A DNA stretch of 64,000 nt from Octopus sinensis (taxonomy: Eukaryota), in NCBI RefSeq assembly GCF_006345805.1, contig NC_043010.1, positions 61,132,001-61,196,000 of the forward strand. Reading direction: 5' to 3'. Positions 62,500 through 64,000 of the stretch are shown in pieces. A model generated the notes under the pieces. The model did not search any database. It was not told the DNA's origin and saw nothing but the letters and a program-made list of their open reading frames with translations. The translations under genes and the position numbers were made by a program. Each line of letters begins with the position of its first letter. The stretch's first letter is position 1.

Positions 62500-64000
62500 A
62501 TGTACCCGGTACAGTCGATGTACCCAGTGGATAGACCTTTTGACTATGACATCTGTAGCCGTGGTTTCTCTCAGATTGACCACCACCACTTGAACGGCTG
62601 CAGTGACAATGGGTCGGCCCCTTCACACCCCCCTACCTCAACAACACCTCAGGGCCCAATGTCACCACATTCTCAGCATTCAACCGACCACAAACAGGTG
62701 TTGCCCGACAACGGCAGTATGTGCTGGAAACCGTTTCCAGAATCTGGTAAAAATGGCGGCAACTTCAAGAACTGCCTCAACGTACCCAACGCCGATGCCA
62801 TTCATTCCAATTCACATTCACTCAGCCACTCCCATCTTTTACCCCACATGAATTCCCACCCTAACCAAGGGGTGGGCCGGGGTGGAGGACGGGGTCGTGG
62901 TCGAGGTTCTGGAACCGTTTCAACGAGTACAACAGAGAAAACGTTCAACTGCACTTTCTGTCGAAAAGCCTTTGCCCAACGTGCCAATCTGCACATCCAT
63001 GAAAGGTCTCATACCGGAGAGAAACCATTCAAATGTAGCTATTGTCCAAAATCCTTTTCTCTGAAGGCGAACATGAAGATTCACGAGCGAACCCACACTG
63101 GGGAGAAACCGTTCAGTTGCAGTTTTTGCCAGAAGAGCTTCAGCCAGCGTGCCAACCTGGATATCCACGAACGTACACACACAGGCATCAAACCGTTTCA
63201 GTGTTCGTTTTGTCCCAAGTCGTTTCCTCAGAGAGCCAACCTGAATATCCACGAACGTACACACACGGGGGAAAAACCGTTCGTCTGTGGTATTTGCAAA
63301 AAAAGTTTTAGCCAACGAGCTAATTTGAATATTCATGAACGTGTCCACACAGGTGTGAAACCTTACAAGTGCTCTGTCTGTGACAAGGCATTTTCTCTCC
63401 GGGCGAATCTACACATCCACGAACGCATTCATACTGGGGAGAAACCGTTCTCATGTTCAGTATGTACCAAGTCGTTCAGCCAACGTGCTAACTTGGACAT
63501 ACATGAACGCACGCACTCTGGTGAGAAACCGTTTCAGTGTTCATACTGCCGTAAGGCGTTTCCGCAGCGAGCAAATTTGGACATACACGAGCGCACTCAT
63601 ACAGGAGAAAAGCCATTCACATGTGCAATATGTCTGAAAGGTTTCAGCCAGCGTGCAAATTTAAACATTCACGAACGTGTTCACACAGGCCTGAAGCCAT
63701 ATCGATGTTCTGTGTGCGACAAATCATTCTCTCAGCGAGCTAACTTGGATATACATGAACGCACTCACACGGGACTAAAACCTTATCAGTGTTCTTACTG
63801 TGAAAAGACATTTCCTCAGAAAGCCAACCTTACGATCCACGAACGCACCCACACGGGCGTCAAGCCGTACACGTGTGGGGTGTGCAAGAAATCATTTAGT
63901 CAGAGGTCTAACTTAAATCATCATGAATGTATTCGCATACCTGTAGTGCCACCGCCACTCATCCAAAAACCTTACACGTGTGACATTTGTAAAAAGGGCT
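62500..64000 (+). CDS. C2H2 zinc-finger protein, 3'-truncated by the window end (12 fingers plus the start of a 13th)
   Basis: Manual translation from ATG 62500 (in-frame TGA upstream at 62488): MYPVQSMYPVDRPF...GVGRGGGRGRGRGSG...FNCTFCRKAFAQRANLHIHERSHTGEKPF...; open to 64000. Confidence 0.93.
   Translation, partial: MYPVQSMYPVDRPFDYDICSRGFSQIDHHHLNGCSDNGSAPSHPPTSTTPQGPMSPHSQHSTDHKQVLPDNGSMCWKPFPESGKNGGNFKNCLNVPNADAIHSNSHSLSHSHLLPHMNSHPNQGVGRGGGRGRGRGSGTVSTSTTEKTFNCTFCRKAFAQRANLHIHERSHTGEKPFKCSYCPKSFSLKANMKIHERTHTGEKPFSCSFCQKSFSQRANLDIHERTHTGIKPFQCSFCPKSFPQRANLNIHERTHTGEKPFVCGICKKSFSQRANLNIHERVHTGVKPYKCSVCDKAFSLRANLHIHERIHTGEKPFSCSVCTKSFSQRANLDIHERTHSGEKPFQCSYCRKAFPQRANLDIHERTHTGEKPFTCAICLKGFSQRANLNIHERVHTGLKPYRCSVCDKSFSQRANLDIHERTHTGLKPYQCSYCEKTFPQKANLTIHERTHTGVKPYTCGVCKKSFSQRSNLNHHECIRIPVVPPPLIQKPYTCDICKKG

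Overview
AT-rich metazoan genomic DNA, most likely a coleoid cephalopod (Octopus-like). This is inferred from the clustered intronless-ORF C2H2 zinc-finger genes, the recurring SINE families and the very dense (TA)n/(CA)n/(GA)n/(ATG)n/(AAT)n microsatellites; it was not checked by a search. The window holds three tandem C2H2 zinc-finger genes: 11040-12518 (+), 39297-40772 (-) and 62500->64000 (+, runs off the end and is absent from the ORF track). Between them is a TE-saturated landscape: a near-full-length decayed RTE LINE nested inside a SINE, many RTE 3' tails, CR1-, R4/Dong-, HERO/NeSL- and RTE-X-like fragments, at least three tRNA-headed SINE families, piggyBac- and Mutator-type MITEs, a small Helitron, a 157-bp minisatellite and a 1.25-kb tandem duplication. 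The most notable unexplained structure is a set of at least six type I hammerhead-ribozyme motifs from different sequence families (about 14.8, 25.2, 27.4, 31.5, 52.7 and 54.7 kb; three have intact cores). They sit in small non-coding elements that mostly end in (TA)n and are preceded by an inverted copy of their own 3' end, as expected for Penelope-type mobilisation. One is carried by a tRNA-headed SINE and one lies in a roughly 528-bp direct-repeat (retrozyme-like) unit. The second highlight is a zinc-finger protein whose 12 fingers nearly all carry the same Q-R-A-N-L recognition helix despite synonymous divergence, plus an RGG box. All folds and alignments were done by eye, so boundaries of decayed repeats are approximate.
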